Shown here piece after piece: positions 48,801-59,791 of a DNA stretch of 64,000 nucleotides. Numbering within the stretch: the first letter of the stretch is position 1; each line of letters opens with the position of its first letter. This DNA is from Lepidodermella squamata (taxonomy: Eukaryota; Animalia; Gastrotricha). The stretch spans positions 4,030,001 to 4,094,000 of the forward strand of contig JBLDXI010000007.1 in assembly GCA_047495785.1 (NCBI GenBank), read 5' to 3'. The notes below the pieces were generated by a model that was not told the origin of the DNA, made no database searches, and was given only the letters and a program-made list of their open reading frames with translations. A program made the position numbers and the translations under genes.

Positions 48801-51800
48801 ACTATCCACATATTCGTTGCTTCAAGAACGAATCACCATTCGAGTTCACGGGTTGTGTGGCTTTACCCGGCCAATGTCAAGCAGGACAGTCGAACGTAAA
48901 GCTAAAGCGTCAAGTACATGATTAATTTCAGAGCTTTCAATCCTCAGGTGATCGACAACAAAGTGTACAGTACTTTGGGCTTCTGCATGTACGGGGTAAG
49001 TTTTACGTTTTACCGGTGTGTTTTTTAAGAATCGATTTGTTGTTTGAAATTACGGGTCACTGAAAAACAAGCTATCCACTTTATCAGAAATTTTAACCAG
49101 GTGCATTGTCAAGTCAAGCCGGTGCCTCTGCAGGTACCTGAAATTGTAAGAATTTTCTAAAATTCAGTAGTCAAAAATTAGATTATCCCGGCTTTTGCCG
49201 AAAATGGATGGTATCTGAAACCCAAAAATTGAAAAGATCATGTGTAAAATTAGTTTAAGAAGCATTGTGGAACCGCTGGTAAGTTGAACTTTGGCGCGCA
49301 CGCTGATTGGTCAATTTATCGTTGCTAATGACTCCGGAATGAAACAATTTAGTCGTGCGATCCACTAATAAAATTATTTTTTATTTATGCAAAAAATGAC
49401 CTTGCCACACCCTCTGCACGGTTTCCATTGACCACGAGCGTAAACTCCATATTAATGGTGGTAAATTGCTGCGGCAAAAGACACTTGTTGAAAAAAATCT
49501 TATGGATCGTACGACCAACATGTTTCATCCGGGAGTCATAGCAACGATCAATTGACCAATCAGCGTGCGCATTGGATTGGACTTTTAAGTGGTCACACAA
49601 TGAAGGCCAAACAGCACTCACGAAATCAGCACCATTTGCAAGAAAAAAGAAACAATTCACTTTTTAACGCTCAATTTTCAATTGTTCAGAACAGTGCTTC
49701 TCAACCTTTTTCCATTTTGGGCCATTTTTTAACTCATTTTCCATCCCTGCGGGCCGCATGACTTCGGCCCTCGCCGGCGGGCCGCTACCACTGTATTGTA
49801 AGAACACAGCGGGCCGCATGTTCATGATGTGAGCGAAATTAAACAGATATTAATGCTGTTCAGTCGCTAATTTCATTGCAATTTAAAACACAAAAAATTT
49901 AACAAAATTGGGCAATCACGAGTAAATTATCAAGTAAGTATCTAGTTTTATGAGCAATTTTTATGAGCTAACAATGTCATTTCCGCTCATCGCAAAAAAA
50001 AGAAACTAGAAAATCATAACTGGAATTTATTTACGCAAAATATTCAAGAACGGGCCTTGAGGCTTGAGGGCATTTGAAAAAATGGATTAGAGTGAATGGA
50101 CGAATAAGGGAAGGAGTGGCTTTAGTGGCATTAGTGGTGTGGTATAAACTGCGTTAAGTTCAGTGGCGTAGCCAGGATTTTTGTTTGGGGGTGACAATTT
50201 TTCACCCTCGACCTCGAATCAATTCGCGAGCGAAGCGAGCTTTAACTGACGCTTTTTTGGGCATTTTCAACCCGAAAATGGGCTTAACACTTTACGGGCC
50301 AAATACGCATATTTGCGTATACGAAATTTTGCAGAAAATGGCCGTATACGCACATTTGCGTAGGCGAAAGTGATGCTTTTTTGCGATTTTTTTCTTCATA
50401 AACTGAATGCCTAAAAATCACGAAAACTGCTTTGATTAGTCAATTAACACCTGAAAAATCTAAATGTCAAGTCAAAATCGCGATAGAATGCTTTATTGGT
50501 CGAAAAATCACTGATTATCGATTATCGATTATCGATTATCGATTTTAGTTCGACACTGAATTTTTTCTAGATTACCTATCAGATTCGCCACAATTCAAAT
50601 CGTTATCTCAATATCTTCCCCTATTTTTAAATGTGCAAGAAAGACCAGTGACAAATTAAAATCAATATTCGTAAGGGAGTTTTGGCTGCAATTTTGGGTG
50701 TTCAGTGTAATGTGGAATGCAAAGCGCGATCATAAAAAAAGCTTGCTTAAATTAAACTGCAACTCTGTTTGAGTTATTTTTTCGAATGAGCAAAATATGA
50801 ATATTTATTCTCGGTGCCTTCTCTGAGTATATGGGAATGATCAGATCCTTCCTATTTTATGGCTCCCGGGGAAGGCGGGTCAAAAAATGTTCAGAGATGG
50901 ACAAGGAAATTCAAATTTCCTTTCACCCACCTTATCCCCCGTATACGCATATGTGCGTAAATACGATTTGCAAGATGGATCCGTATACGCATTGGTGCGT
51001 AAACGCTTTTTGCAGTAAATGGCCGCATACGCACATGTGCGTAAGGCTTTTGCAATGTGGGGCCGTATACGCAAATATGCGTATCTGTTTTTTGGTTATT
51101 ACGTAATATGGGTGCATCCAAAAAATCCGGGACATCGACCACTGATCTTAGAGTTCGACCCTCTTTCAGAAAATACAATAATCTCGGGGTCGAATTTTCG
51201 GACTGGCACGTCCAAAAAGGCTCGGACGTTAAAGTGTTAAAATGCATCAAAATAGGGATGATTCATAGGAACCTTGTACTTGGACCTTAAAGCTATTTAA
51301 AAATAACTGATAACAAGGCTTTGCGGGCCGCACCCAATACAAGTTACCTATTTGAGTGCCGGGCCGCACAGAATCGGGCTGCGGGCCGCATGCGGCCCGA
51401 AAAATGAAGGTTGAGAAGCACTGGTTCAGAAAAATCAGATTAAACTCACCCGAAGTTCAGGACTCATTTTGCCAGCATGGCATGATCGGAGGTATGAATT
51501 TTATAAATCAGCAGAAAGCTTTTTTCATGAAGAATCCTACCGTGCCCAAGGCGGCACCTATAGCTAGTTACAAGTAACGGTTGATAGCTAAGTTAGTGAG
51601 GTCGACCTCATAAAGGGCGATTCAATATCGACTCGAAAATCGACGAAATATGTAGATAGGTTTCGGCAACAAACGGCTCCTTCACGTGGTCATGGCGCCA
51701 TGACCACGTGAAAGAGCGGCACGCGCAAAAATGTTGAAAACACAACAACATTTCTAAGTAAAAAGTAAAACATGCTAGTTTTCAAAAAGGATACGCGCAC

Positions 51801-54800
51801 AATTGGATCCGTTCAATTTATTCTAGGCTGCGGTCTACTGTATTCCGCCTAATCCCCCAAATTCAAATGCAACAGTCGGCTTCTGTCGAGCTGCAAAATG
51901 CCCGGACGGTCTCCGCTTTTACCAACAATATCCTGGCTCGCAACGTATTGAAAACAATTGGAAGGATAATTCAACAACTGGATATGACGAATACTTTGAT
52001 CCTGATGTTACATTCGGCGAGTACTATGCTAAATGCCTCGGAAATCTGGTGAGTCCAATTGAGACTAATGTGCCACACCGCTTTATCTGATGCCAATTTC
52101 AGCGGCCGAGTGTACCTTGTTTGACATTAAATAGCTACTTATTGGGGTTTTGCGCAGGCCCCGGAAGTGATCTTTGTAAAAACAACGCTTATGTGAGTTC
52201 TTTTACCTTGAGTTATTTCCCAATGTATATGTCGTATGGCGCGCAACAGATGAACGCTAGGGGATAGAGCTGTGCCGGTCTGAAAACTCAGAGCAACTTT
52301 TGGATCCCGTTGATTTTATTTGTTGAAAAATTATTTTTCTACAAATTAAAATTTTATACAGGATGATTTTTAATTTACGTGAAAAATGTATTTATCTTAG
52401 CAACACGATTGTAACGCTGCTACCGGCATTTACTATTTGTCAGTTGGACAGCGGCGCGCCGTGAGATCTTCATCTCGATCTTTACGCTTGAGATCGTGCG
52501 CTCGTTTGGCCTCTCGTATTTTTTCATTCGCACTGCTAGTACTTAGCCATTGATGAGATTTTTCAAAGAATGATAGTGATTACGCTACGGGTCAGGAAAA
52601 ATGATTTAAATGAGCGATTAAATGCACACCGCTAATTATCTATTGTTGGACTGTAGTGTTGAGAGCAGATAAAGGTGGCATTCAAGCAAGCTTGTTCTAT
52701 TCCACTAAAAACACATCACAAGGAATTCCTTTGTTAATTCAGTATAATTCTGACAAAAATAAAGTTAGGATACAGCTTCGACTCAAGGTTCCAGCAACTT
52801 TCGCAACGATATTTCTTAGCAAGGTTTCCCCCGACTACGTCATTATTTTTGTCACGGATTGATGAGAAAAGATGCGTTCCCATCAAGCAGTATTATGAAA
52901 AGTCATATTACCTATTTATTCTGGCACAAAAAACTCCTATTCATTTTACTAGAACATTCGATTTTTTTCAAATTTTCTTCCGGGCTTATGTAAGGACCCT
53001 TCTCTTACTGTGCGTCTCCTACTACTTCTTATCGGTCGAGAGTGAGTATCCGCAATAGGTAAGTTTTAAATTTGTAATACAATAATGCGTAGTGTGAGGT
53101 GTAACAGAAAATAGGCTATTTTTTCTTGCCCATTTTTTTATTTGTCTGATCTTCTTTGAAAGTTTTCTGCCAATTGGACTGTTTACGACAATCAATACCA
53201 GTGCCTCTACGGTTAGTTTCGAAATCAGCTCCAAAAATATGTTTTCATGGTTGAATTTCTTTGAAAAGCACCTGCGGCTAACCTGCCTCACATTCGATGC
53301 TTCACGAACAACACGGTTCAGTGCATTCGCGACAAACGCAATTGTTCTGTGAGTATTTGATCACCATCAATCAATGTTCAATGTTTATTTTCATGGTTTG
53401 CTTTGTTGCCTCTATAGAATGTTTTCGATGGTACGTGGATAAACACATTGGAAATTTGCAACACAGCAGTGAGTGGTTAATTTGTCTGCAACGACATCTA
53501 TTAATTTTTATGTTAATGTTATCCAAGGTTTTAGTTTATGAATGACTTATTAAAAACGCGGATGGCTAAATCAAAGGAAGATTAATGATGCGATTAGGAA
53601 TCGTGACATAGAATTCGGACCATCTTGATTATTATTATTATCATTTCGAAAATATATTCATGAAAAAAATATGATGGTACAAAATTCGAGGAAACAGAAG
53701 GGCACGCAGGCCACTAGCTCTGAACCGTATTGCGGGTAATGTTATAATATAAAACAGTTCTGAAGAGGGAGAATGTAAATAATCAATAATAACAATAATT
53801 GCAATCAATAATAATAATAATGTTGCAATGACAGCTTAAAAACTATAGAATAGATTAGAATATAATCAAAGCTAATGATTTTCCAATTGTTGAGTTTTTA
53901 ATCAACTGTTGTCGTTCCAGGGGTTTAGGTATTGTTACGCTCAGAGCACTGGTAACAGGCTGTGCGTTGCTGCTTCTCAGACTCCATCATGCCCGGCTGG
54001 TTACGATGTGGTATGGTTTGATCGCCAGTTTTTACACAGCGTGAACAGCAGTGCTGAAACTTGTGCTAATATAGTATGGAGGTGAAATCAGCGATTCGAC
54101 GGCGAGTGCGGGCTACGACAAATGTTCCATCGGCACAGCAATGGTAGGCGTCGAGTTCTTTTAATGAAAATTAAATTTAATTAAATTATTTGATAAATTT
54201 AAATTTTAATGAAAACTTCGACTATATAAAGCCTTTTCTACTTTCTGAGAGGAATTCGTTTGCCTGCAGAAAATGGCTTACATTGCTTCTAACCGTGTCA
54301 TTTTTCACGAAAATATAAGTATCAAGACTTGATAAACCGTTATAACTTCCGGTATCATAACATGAAAATTCCCAATATTTGTGACAAAATCGTGAATAAT
54401 AAAATTCCCGGATCTTCGCTATTTCATTTTTGAGAACTTTGAATTCGAGAATAATTGATAATTTTGCAGCCATGGTGGATATTACCGTAAAAAATTGAAC
54501 AGGCCGCAGCCATATTGCTTGAAGGGTGCCGAATAGAAATCTTTTGCTAGACTGCAACATTTTCGTATTTTATGCGGTTTGAAAGTTTGCCAAAGAAATC
54601 TTTCTCGCTAATAGGTTATATTTATTTTTGTCTTGCCAGATACCGCATTTTCGTTGCTTCGACAGCACGAGTAACGCCTTCAAGCTATGCATTCCTGATG
54701 GCGCGTCCTGCCCTGAATCAACGGTAAAACAGTTTTCACTCTGTGTAAATGCATCATTTATTCATTTTCCCACTTGCAGCAAAACGTCGAGAATGCGAAA

Positions 54801-54848
54801 GTCATATATCAATCGTACAAGAAGTGTGTCGATAATGATAATACCTGA
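45844..54848 (+). CDS. Secreted Cys-rich repeat protein, copy B (about 634 aa, 23 exons): 45844-46005, 46927-46971, 47032-47115, 47181-47246, 47417-47497, 47584-47632, 47691-47806, 47868-47915, 48026-48094, 48148-48231, 48285-48368, 48416-48470, 48786-48895, 48948-48995, 51827-52048, 52103-52192, 53163-53211, 53269-53348, 53418-53468, 53921-54010, 54075-54143, 54640-54723, 54780-54848
   Basis: Same exon structure and phases as copy A; open frame of 1905 nt; all 48 module cysteines retained; only in-frame indels. Confidence 0.85.
49692..51423. mobile_element. hAT (Charlie-like) non-autonomous element in intron 14 of copy B
   Basis: TIR CAGTGCTTCTCAACCTT/AAGGTTGAGAAGCACTG, 8-bp TSD GTTCAGAA (49684-49691, 51424-51431), subterminal GGGCCGC repeats. 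Confidence 0.88.
50288..51236. mobile_element. piggyBac-like MITE nested in the hAT element
   Basis: TTAA|CACTTTA...TAAAGTG|TTAA; internal quasi-palindromic TACGCA(C/T)ATGTGCGTA repeats. Confidence 0.65.
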
Positions 54849-55726
54849 ACAAGGCCGAACAAGGGCTGGAGTTCAACAGCTCGCTTGAATATATTTGTGT
54901 AATCCATTCATAAAGCATGAGATTTTGCTTCATTTTGAGATTTTGATCGGTGGTAGAAATCGGAATGCAATCAATTCATCCGCATTGTAGAATTTAATTA
55001 TTTTCCTAAATTGCAGTTCTGTACATACTAACTCTGTCAACTTTGGTTTCTGCCTTTATTGGGTGAAATACTCTGCAACGAAAGCGAATTTTCGATGTTT
55101 TAGGCCACTTGTTGTTACATAGTTGTTGATAGCTATCAGATATCCAACCATCGAACATGTAGCCATCTCCCTTCTTGGCCTCGATGACGTGTCCAAGCTG
55201 AGACGTGCCCGACCGTAGCATTACGTCTCTTCACCCCTCTTAACAAAACCTTCACCCCATGCGATTTTCAATGTACGTTTTCGTCAGTATGGGAATTAAG
55301 CACGTTGGTAAAACGAGTTTATTCTCGTAACGATCATCGTTTTTCCTGGCTTTTCGTATAGGTACCGCTGCTTTTCCAGCGAGTTCTACAGCAATGTCGG
55401 ACTTAACAAGCTTGCCTTAAACGGTTATTCACTATGGATAACAGTTTTTCAGTGTTTAAAGATACAGTGCACTCCCTCGATAAAGGCACTGGTTCGGGAG
55501 CCAGACCTGGTCTTTAAACAAGGGAAAGCTATAACGATAGCGTTAATTGAATGCGCTGCTCACACCATCCGATGGTTGCTGCCCCATGAACCTGCTGTCA
55601 CCTTCATTGGCCCTATCTGCACGTACCGTATTGGCATCATCTTGGTCGGGAAGGCCCGCCACTTTGGCATCAACAAAACCGTCGACCACCCGACCGGCTG
55701 CTGCATGATCATCGTTTCGCGCGAAC

Positions 55727-57227
55727 CATAGACATAATATCAATATAGACTGACTACTCACGAGAAAAGGGGTGTAACGCCATGGGCGCCAGATGTTCTG
55801 CTGATTCATCAATTTCTTGGAGGCCAAAAAACGTAAAATTCAAAATGTCAACCATTGATTTCTCCGCAATTAAAGGTCGCATCAGAAAGAACCAAATGCT
55901 ATCTGATAGATCCCTTCAAGAGGAACAGGTTAATATTTTTTTCAAAATTTCAATAATGAAGGAAATGGTACAAAATTAGGATGACAGTTTTTGCATTCAG
56001 AAATAAACTCTGAAAAATGATTCGAAGAAAGTTAAATTGAAGGACTTTTTCAGGAACACATCAAGGAATGGGTACCATTTGCGCTTTTCCCTCTTGCGCT
56101 TTCCCACTTGCGCTACCTACGCTTTCCCATTTGCGCTGCGATTTCAATTAAAATTTCAGAACATTGCCATATACGTGTAATCAGCGAGGAATTATTATAA
56201 AATGATAAATTAATATAATAGAGCTCAAAATTTAGAACAAAATTGTCAATTTTTAGGATGTTTCAAAGAAAAAGTCTCGAAGATAAAAGAGATGGAAAAA
56301 TGCCATCAAATTCGAATTTATTTAATTTTCTCTCGCACATCCACTGCAGGGAATTCATCGAGGCCCCTCGAATAATCTTGTTGATATTTGAATTTGTCTG
56401 GCATTCTTCTTGACCAGGTTGTCGACTTAGTCCTTAGTGGTGCGCGCCTTTAGATTTGGGCGGTAGATTTTTGACGTATTTTTTAAGTTTTCGCTGGCGA
56501 CCGACATAGCCTATCGCACATTATCTGTATGATGATGATCGAGCACCAGACGTTAAGATGCCTTTTTCGGCGCAATTTGTTCTATCAATTGTGCCAGCTC
56601 TAAATACCGTTTTTGGTTTGATCTGTCAGGCCATGCATACTTCATCCCGCTATGGCTTCGTCAAAGTACATGGGGTCGCGAAACAATTAGTCGTGAAGAA
56701 GAACACCTGTTCACTAGAAAAAGTTAACAATTTTGTTCTAAATGTTGAGCTCTGTTATATTATTTCATCATATTTATAATAATTCTTCATTTAATAAACG
56801 TTTTTGGCATTATTTTGAAATTTTAATTGAAATCGCAGCGCAAATGGGAAAGCGCAGGTAGCGCAAGTGGGAAAAGCGCAAGTGGGAACATACCACATCA
56901 AGAGCTACCTTTTGATACTTAGAGCGAACTTGGATGAATTTCCTCCAAGAAATTGATGAATCAGCAGAACATCTGGCGCCCGTGGCGTTACAACTTCCTG
57001 GAACCAACAACTTCCTCTTGAGGCACAGCAATCTGAAACAGCCGAGAATTGTCGCGAGGTAGTTTACCAGTACTACTACGGAATGATTGCCGCTAAATTA
57101 TCCCAGTGATCATCATTTTTGTTCTGATTTAATTTTGATACACTTTGTTGTGATTTATATACTTTAATATAAATAAATACACCCCTTTTCTCGTGAGTAG
57201 TCAGTCTATACTGATATTATGTCTATG
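55727..57227. mobile_element. CATAG...CTATG family element (same subfamily as 19881-20869) inserted in the ADK pseudogene
   Basis: TIR CATAGACATAATATCA; 8-bp TSD GCGCGAAC (55719-55726, 57228-57235). Confidence 0.9.
56066..56893. mobile_element. Mutator-like MITE nested in the previous element
   Basis: About 100-bp imperfect TIRs with TTGCGCT/AGCGCAA repeats and CGATTTCAATTAAAATTTCA; 9-bp TSD CACATCAAG (56057-56065, 56894-56902). Confidence 0.65.
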
Positions 57228-57420
57228 GCGCGAACACAACGAGAACAGCTCGCTCGCTGCCTTTCTCGGCGGATCTGTTCCCTTGAATTCTTGAAGAGCA
57301 ACTGGTGTTACTGCGAGAAGGCGAAGAACTTCTACATCGAAGGCTTCTTCCTGTCAACCTGTTTCGAGGCGTGCGAGGCCATTGGCCGAAACAATAATTC
57401 TTTCGATAAATTAGGTCATT

Positions 57421-57646
57421 TGAAGCGGATTTTTTTGATGGTATAGCGATATCATAGTAGATAATACTGCAAAAAATTAAGGCCAAGGATCCGTATACCG
57501 ACGCGTTTCGGCTTTTATTGCCATCTTCAGGGCAACAACTGGCAACAAAAATGAGGTGAGAGGCCGTACTGATTGTTGACATCTGAAATTAGCTTAATTG
57601 ATGTTGTAAATTTCTTTGTTAGACCCTGAAGATGGCAATAAAAGCC
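57421..57646 (-). mobile_element. Penelope-like retroelement remnant with inverted terminal segment
   Basis: 13-bp TSD AAATTAGGTCATT (57408-57420, 57647-57659); internal inverted repeat GGCTTTTATTGCCATCTTCAGGG / CCCTGAAGATGGCAATAAAAGCC; contains a hammerhead motif. Confidence 0.7.
57494..57536 (-). ncRNA. Minimal type-I hammerhead ribozyme motif
   Basis: Minus strand UUGCC-CUGAAGA-U-GGC-AAUAAAA-GCC-GAAA-C-GC-GUC^GGUA: core CUGANGA, helix II, GAAA, 2-bp helix III, GUC cleavage triplet, 4-bp helix I. Confidence 0.75.
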
Positions 57647-58982
57647 AAATTAGGTCATTATATTTTTTCTCAATTATCTCAATCAAACAATAAAACTGGA
57701 AGTGAAGTTTCGGGTCATGATGTCATGAGGTTTTGATCAATTTTGCGTCATTTATAAAAAATCATTTATTGTTACAGTGTTTTTTTAATTAATTAATTAA
57801 TTTATTTATTTCAAAGCTATGACACCCAGAGAGGGCAGCTCGACAAAGTTAATCATCATCATCATCATTTTATTCGTAAATGAATATTTACAGGATTAGA
57901 AGGGCAGGCCACTTACACTAACCAGATACACCAAGTTAAGTTTGAAAGGAAACAGATAATTGCAGGAAAGTTACAAAAGGATAGGACAATTGGAGATGAC
58001 ATAAATTTGAGTCAACGATAAGTAAAACGAAACAATATTACAACAACGGCAGCTCACCGTTTTTTTTACCGTGGATTAAGGAATCCATTGGTGTTGACTT
58101 TACGTTTTTTGGTGTTGACATGAAGAAACGGATAGAAAATATTGTTCGCTCGCTCGCTGCGCTCGCTCGCGATACCCTCCCTTATTAGGAATTCGCATTT
58201 CTCAACAGCCAACAATGCTTACTCAAGAATACATTTGCGAGCGAAGCGAGCTTTCGCCAACGGTTTTTCACGTAATTTTGCGTGAAAATAGTCAAAAATA
58301 GAATGGTTTTCGCGTCATGATGACGAATCTTTCTGCGGGTTGCTCTAGTGGACTTGGGCATATAATTAATCTAAGAGGGGTTCCCGTTATTTTTAAATTC
58401 TGTGGACATTTTTCAGGAGAGAGTGGCTTGAATCGAGAGCGGTATTCTATGGCGGTTAGAAGTGGTTCTCCTCAAATTCGGCCGTATTATGCTCCGGAAG
58501 AATTGTCTAGACGAGTGATTTTGAGAGATTCTACAGCTGAAAATATTCTGATTTTTTTGCATATTGTTGCGAGCAGAGTGCGAATTACCCTGCTCCGGTA
58601 TTCTAAAGAGTGACAAAACCACAGGGCACAGGGGTCCCTTTGGGTTTTTCGGTTGGGTGCCAGTTCCAGGATCCTACTTCGCACATTGATGCCATTAGTC
58701 CTGAGCCATTAGTGATTTTGATTGGCGATTTTGATTGCTGTACCTATACATTTTTCTTTGATGAAACATGAAACTTATTTTGGTGTTGACATTGACCTGC
58801 TTTGGTGTTGACATTGTCAACCCTGTCCACCCCTTAAAAAAAACTCTGATTATTATTTATTATGTAACCAGTATTGATGGTGAACGAAGAAGTACCTGTA
58901 TACGTATCAAACCTCTTCGATTTATATTTAAATTTATCATATAGGTATTTATTTTATTCATCATATAGGTATGGTAACAAAA

Positions 58983-59540
58983 TCATATAAGCCAGCGGTA
59001 TTCCGGTGGTTTCTTCTTAACAATAACGTAAAAGCTACTCGCTCCACTGGTCGTAGCCGCCGACGTGTTGCCAGTCAACGACGGCAACTTCAAATGGTCT
59101 AACCTCAACTTCTGCGGATGTTTGAACGCCACAACAGCCTTCTTCGTTGCCTGCTTCGCAAGAGCTGCCTCCTCCAGCTGTTCTTGAATGTTGCCACGCA
59201 AATCTTTTATCCACTGCATGTAGTTGAGACCATGCGGAACTTGCGGCTGCTCCATCAGACTGCGGTCGTACTTGAACCTAGCCTCAGCCATTTCGTGCTC
59301 ATAGCGCCATTCAGCCATCAGTCTAGCAGCTCGTTGCCGGTCCCAATCGATGTACTCTCTTGAAGATCGCAACTCCTTTTTAGCCTTGAATTCTAAAGCA
59401 TTTCGCCGTAGTGAAGATTTCTCCCTTTCTTCTTCGAATTCCAGCTTGTCCCGCAATTTCAACTCACGACTGGCCAGCACCACATTATCTGCAGAGCTGA
59501 AGCCAACATGCGCCTGAGAATCATAGCTTAGTGAAGCCAT
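58983..59540 (-). CDS. Hypothetical coiled-coil protein (about 185 aa), unknown function
   Basis: Long stop-free frame from ATG 59540, Glu/Arg/Lys-rich helical composition; no recognised motif. Confidence 0.55.
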   Translation of the reverse strand: MASLSYDSQAHVGFSSADNVVLASRELKLRDKLEFEEEREKSSLRRNALEFKAKKELRSSREYIDWDRQRAARLMAEWRYEHEMAEARFKYDRSLMEQPQVPHGLNYMQWIKDLRGNIQEQLEEAALAKQATKKAVVAFKHPQKLRLDHLKLPSLTGNTSAATTSGASSFYVIVKKKPPEYRWLI

Positions 59541-59791
59541 TGCAAGAGAAGGAAGGGAAAAAGGAAGATGTTTTGGGGCGTTTAATCGAACATTTCTTAA
59601 CACAAATATCTCGATTGGCTGCTGAATTATTGATGCGAGCGCTCTGGGCTTAGAAACCTCCTTTGTGCGAAAGAATCGACCGACATCGATTAAACACACG
59701 CCTTATGAGAATCGAGGACAGGTGTTCTAGCAATTAAAAATTGCTGATTCGGGCGTGTTTTCCACCATGTGGATGCCATTATCGTTTGAAA

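Larger units (their letters stand above)
55550..57387 (+). pseudogene. Truncated adenosine kinase pseudogene (ADK2-derived), split by a transposon
   Basis: 55550-55726 matches ARTIQW...TGCC; 57236-57387 matches HNENRSL...NWCYCEKAKNFYIEGFFLSTCFEAC; contains deletions and frameshifts. Confidence 0.88.
43160..57700 (+). repeat. Segmental duplication unit B
   Basis: Starts with a copy of the ADK2 3' UTR (TCGCTACCTCAAGAGCGTAAA...CCAGTGATATAATCTCGCTGC), colinear with unit A. Boundaries are approximate. Confidence 0.8.

Noticed and set aside
50930-51085. Regularly spaced palindromic TACGCA..TGCGTA repeats resembling a CRISPR-like array
   Set aside because: Degenerate subterminal repeats of the TTAA MITE; eukaryotic context and no cas genes.
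52780-53060. Possible extra exon(s) between exons 16 and 17 of the Cys-rich gene (also 34335-34457 in A)
   Set aside because: Donor-like sites exist but are preceded by an in-frame TAG, and the peptides are not conserved between copies; left out of the model.
58050-58850. Possible DNA transposon remnant (GGTGTTGAC repeats) and its short ORFs
   Set aside because: Termini are degraded, with no clear TSD or transposase motif.
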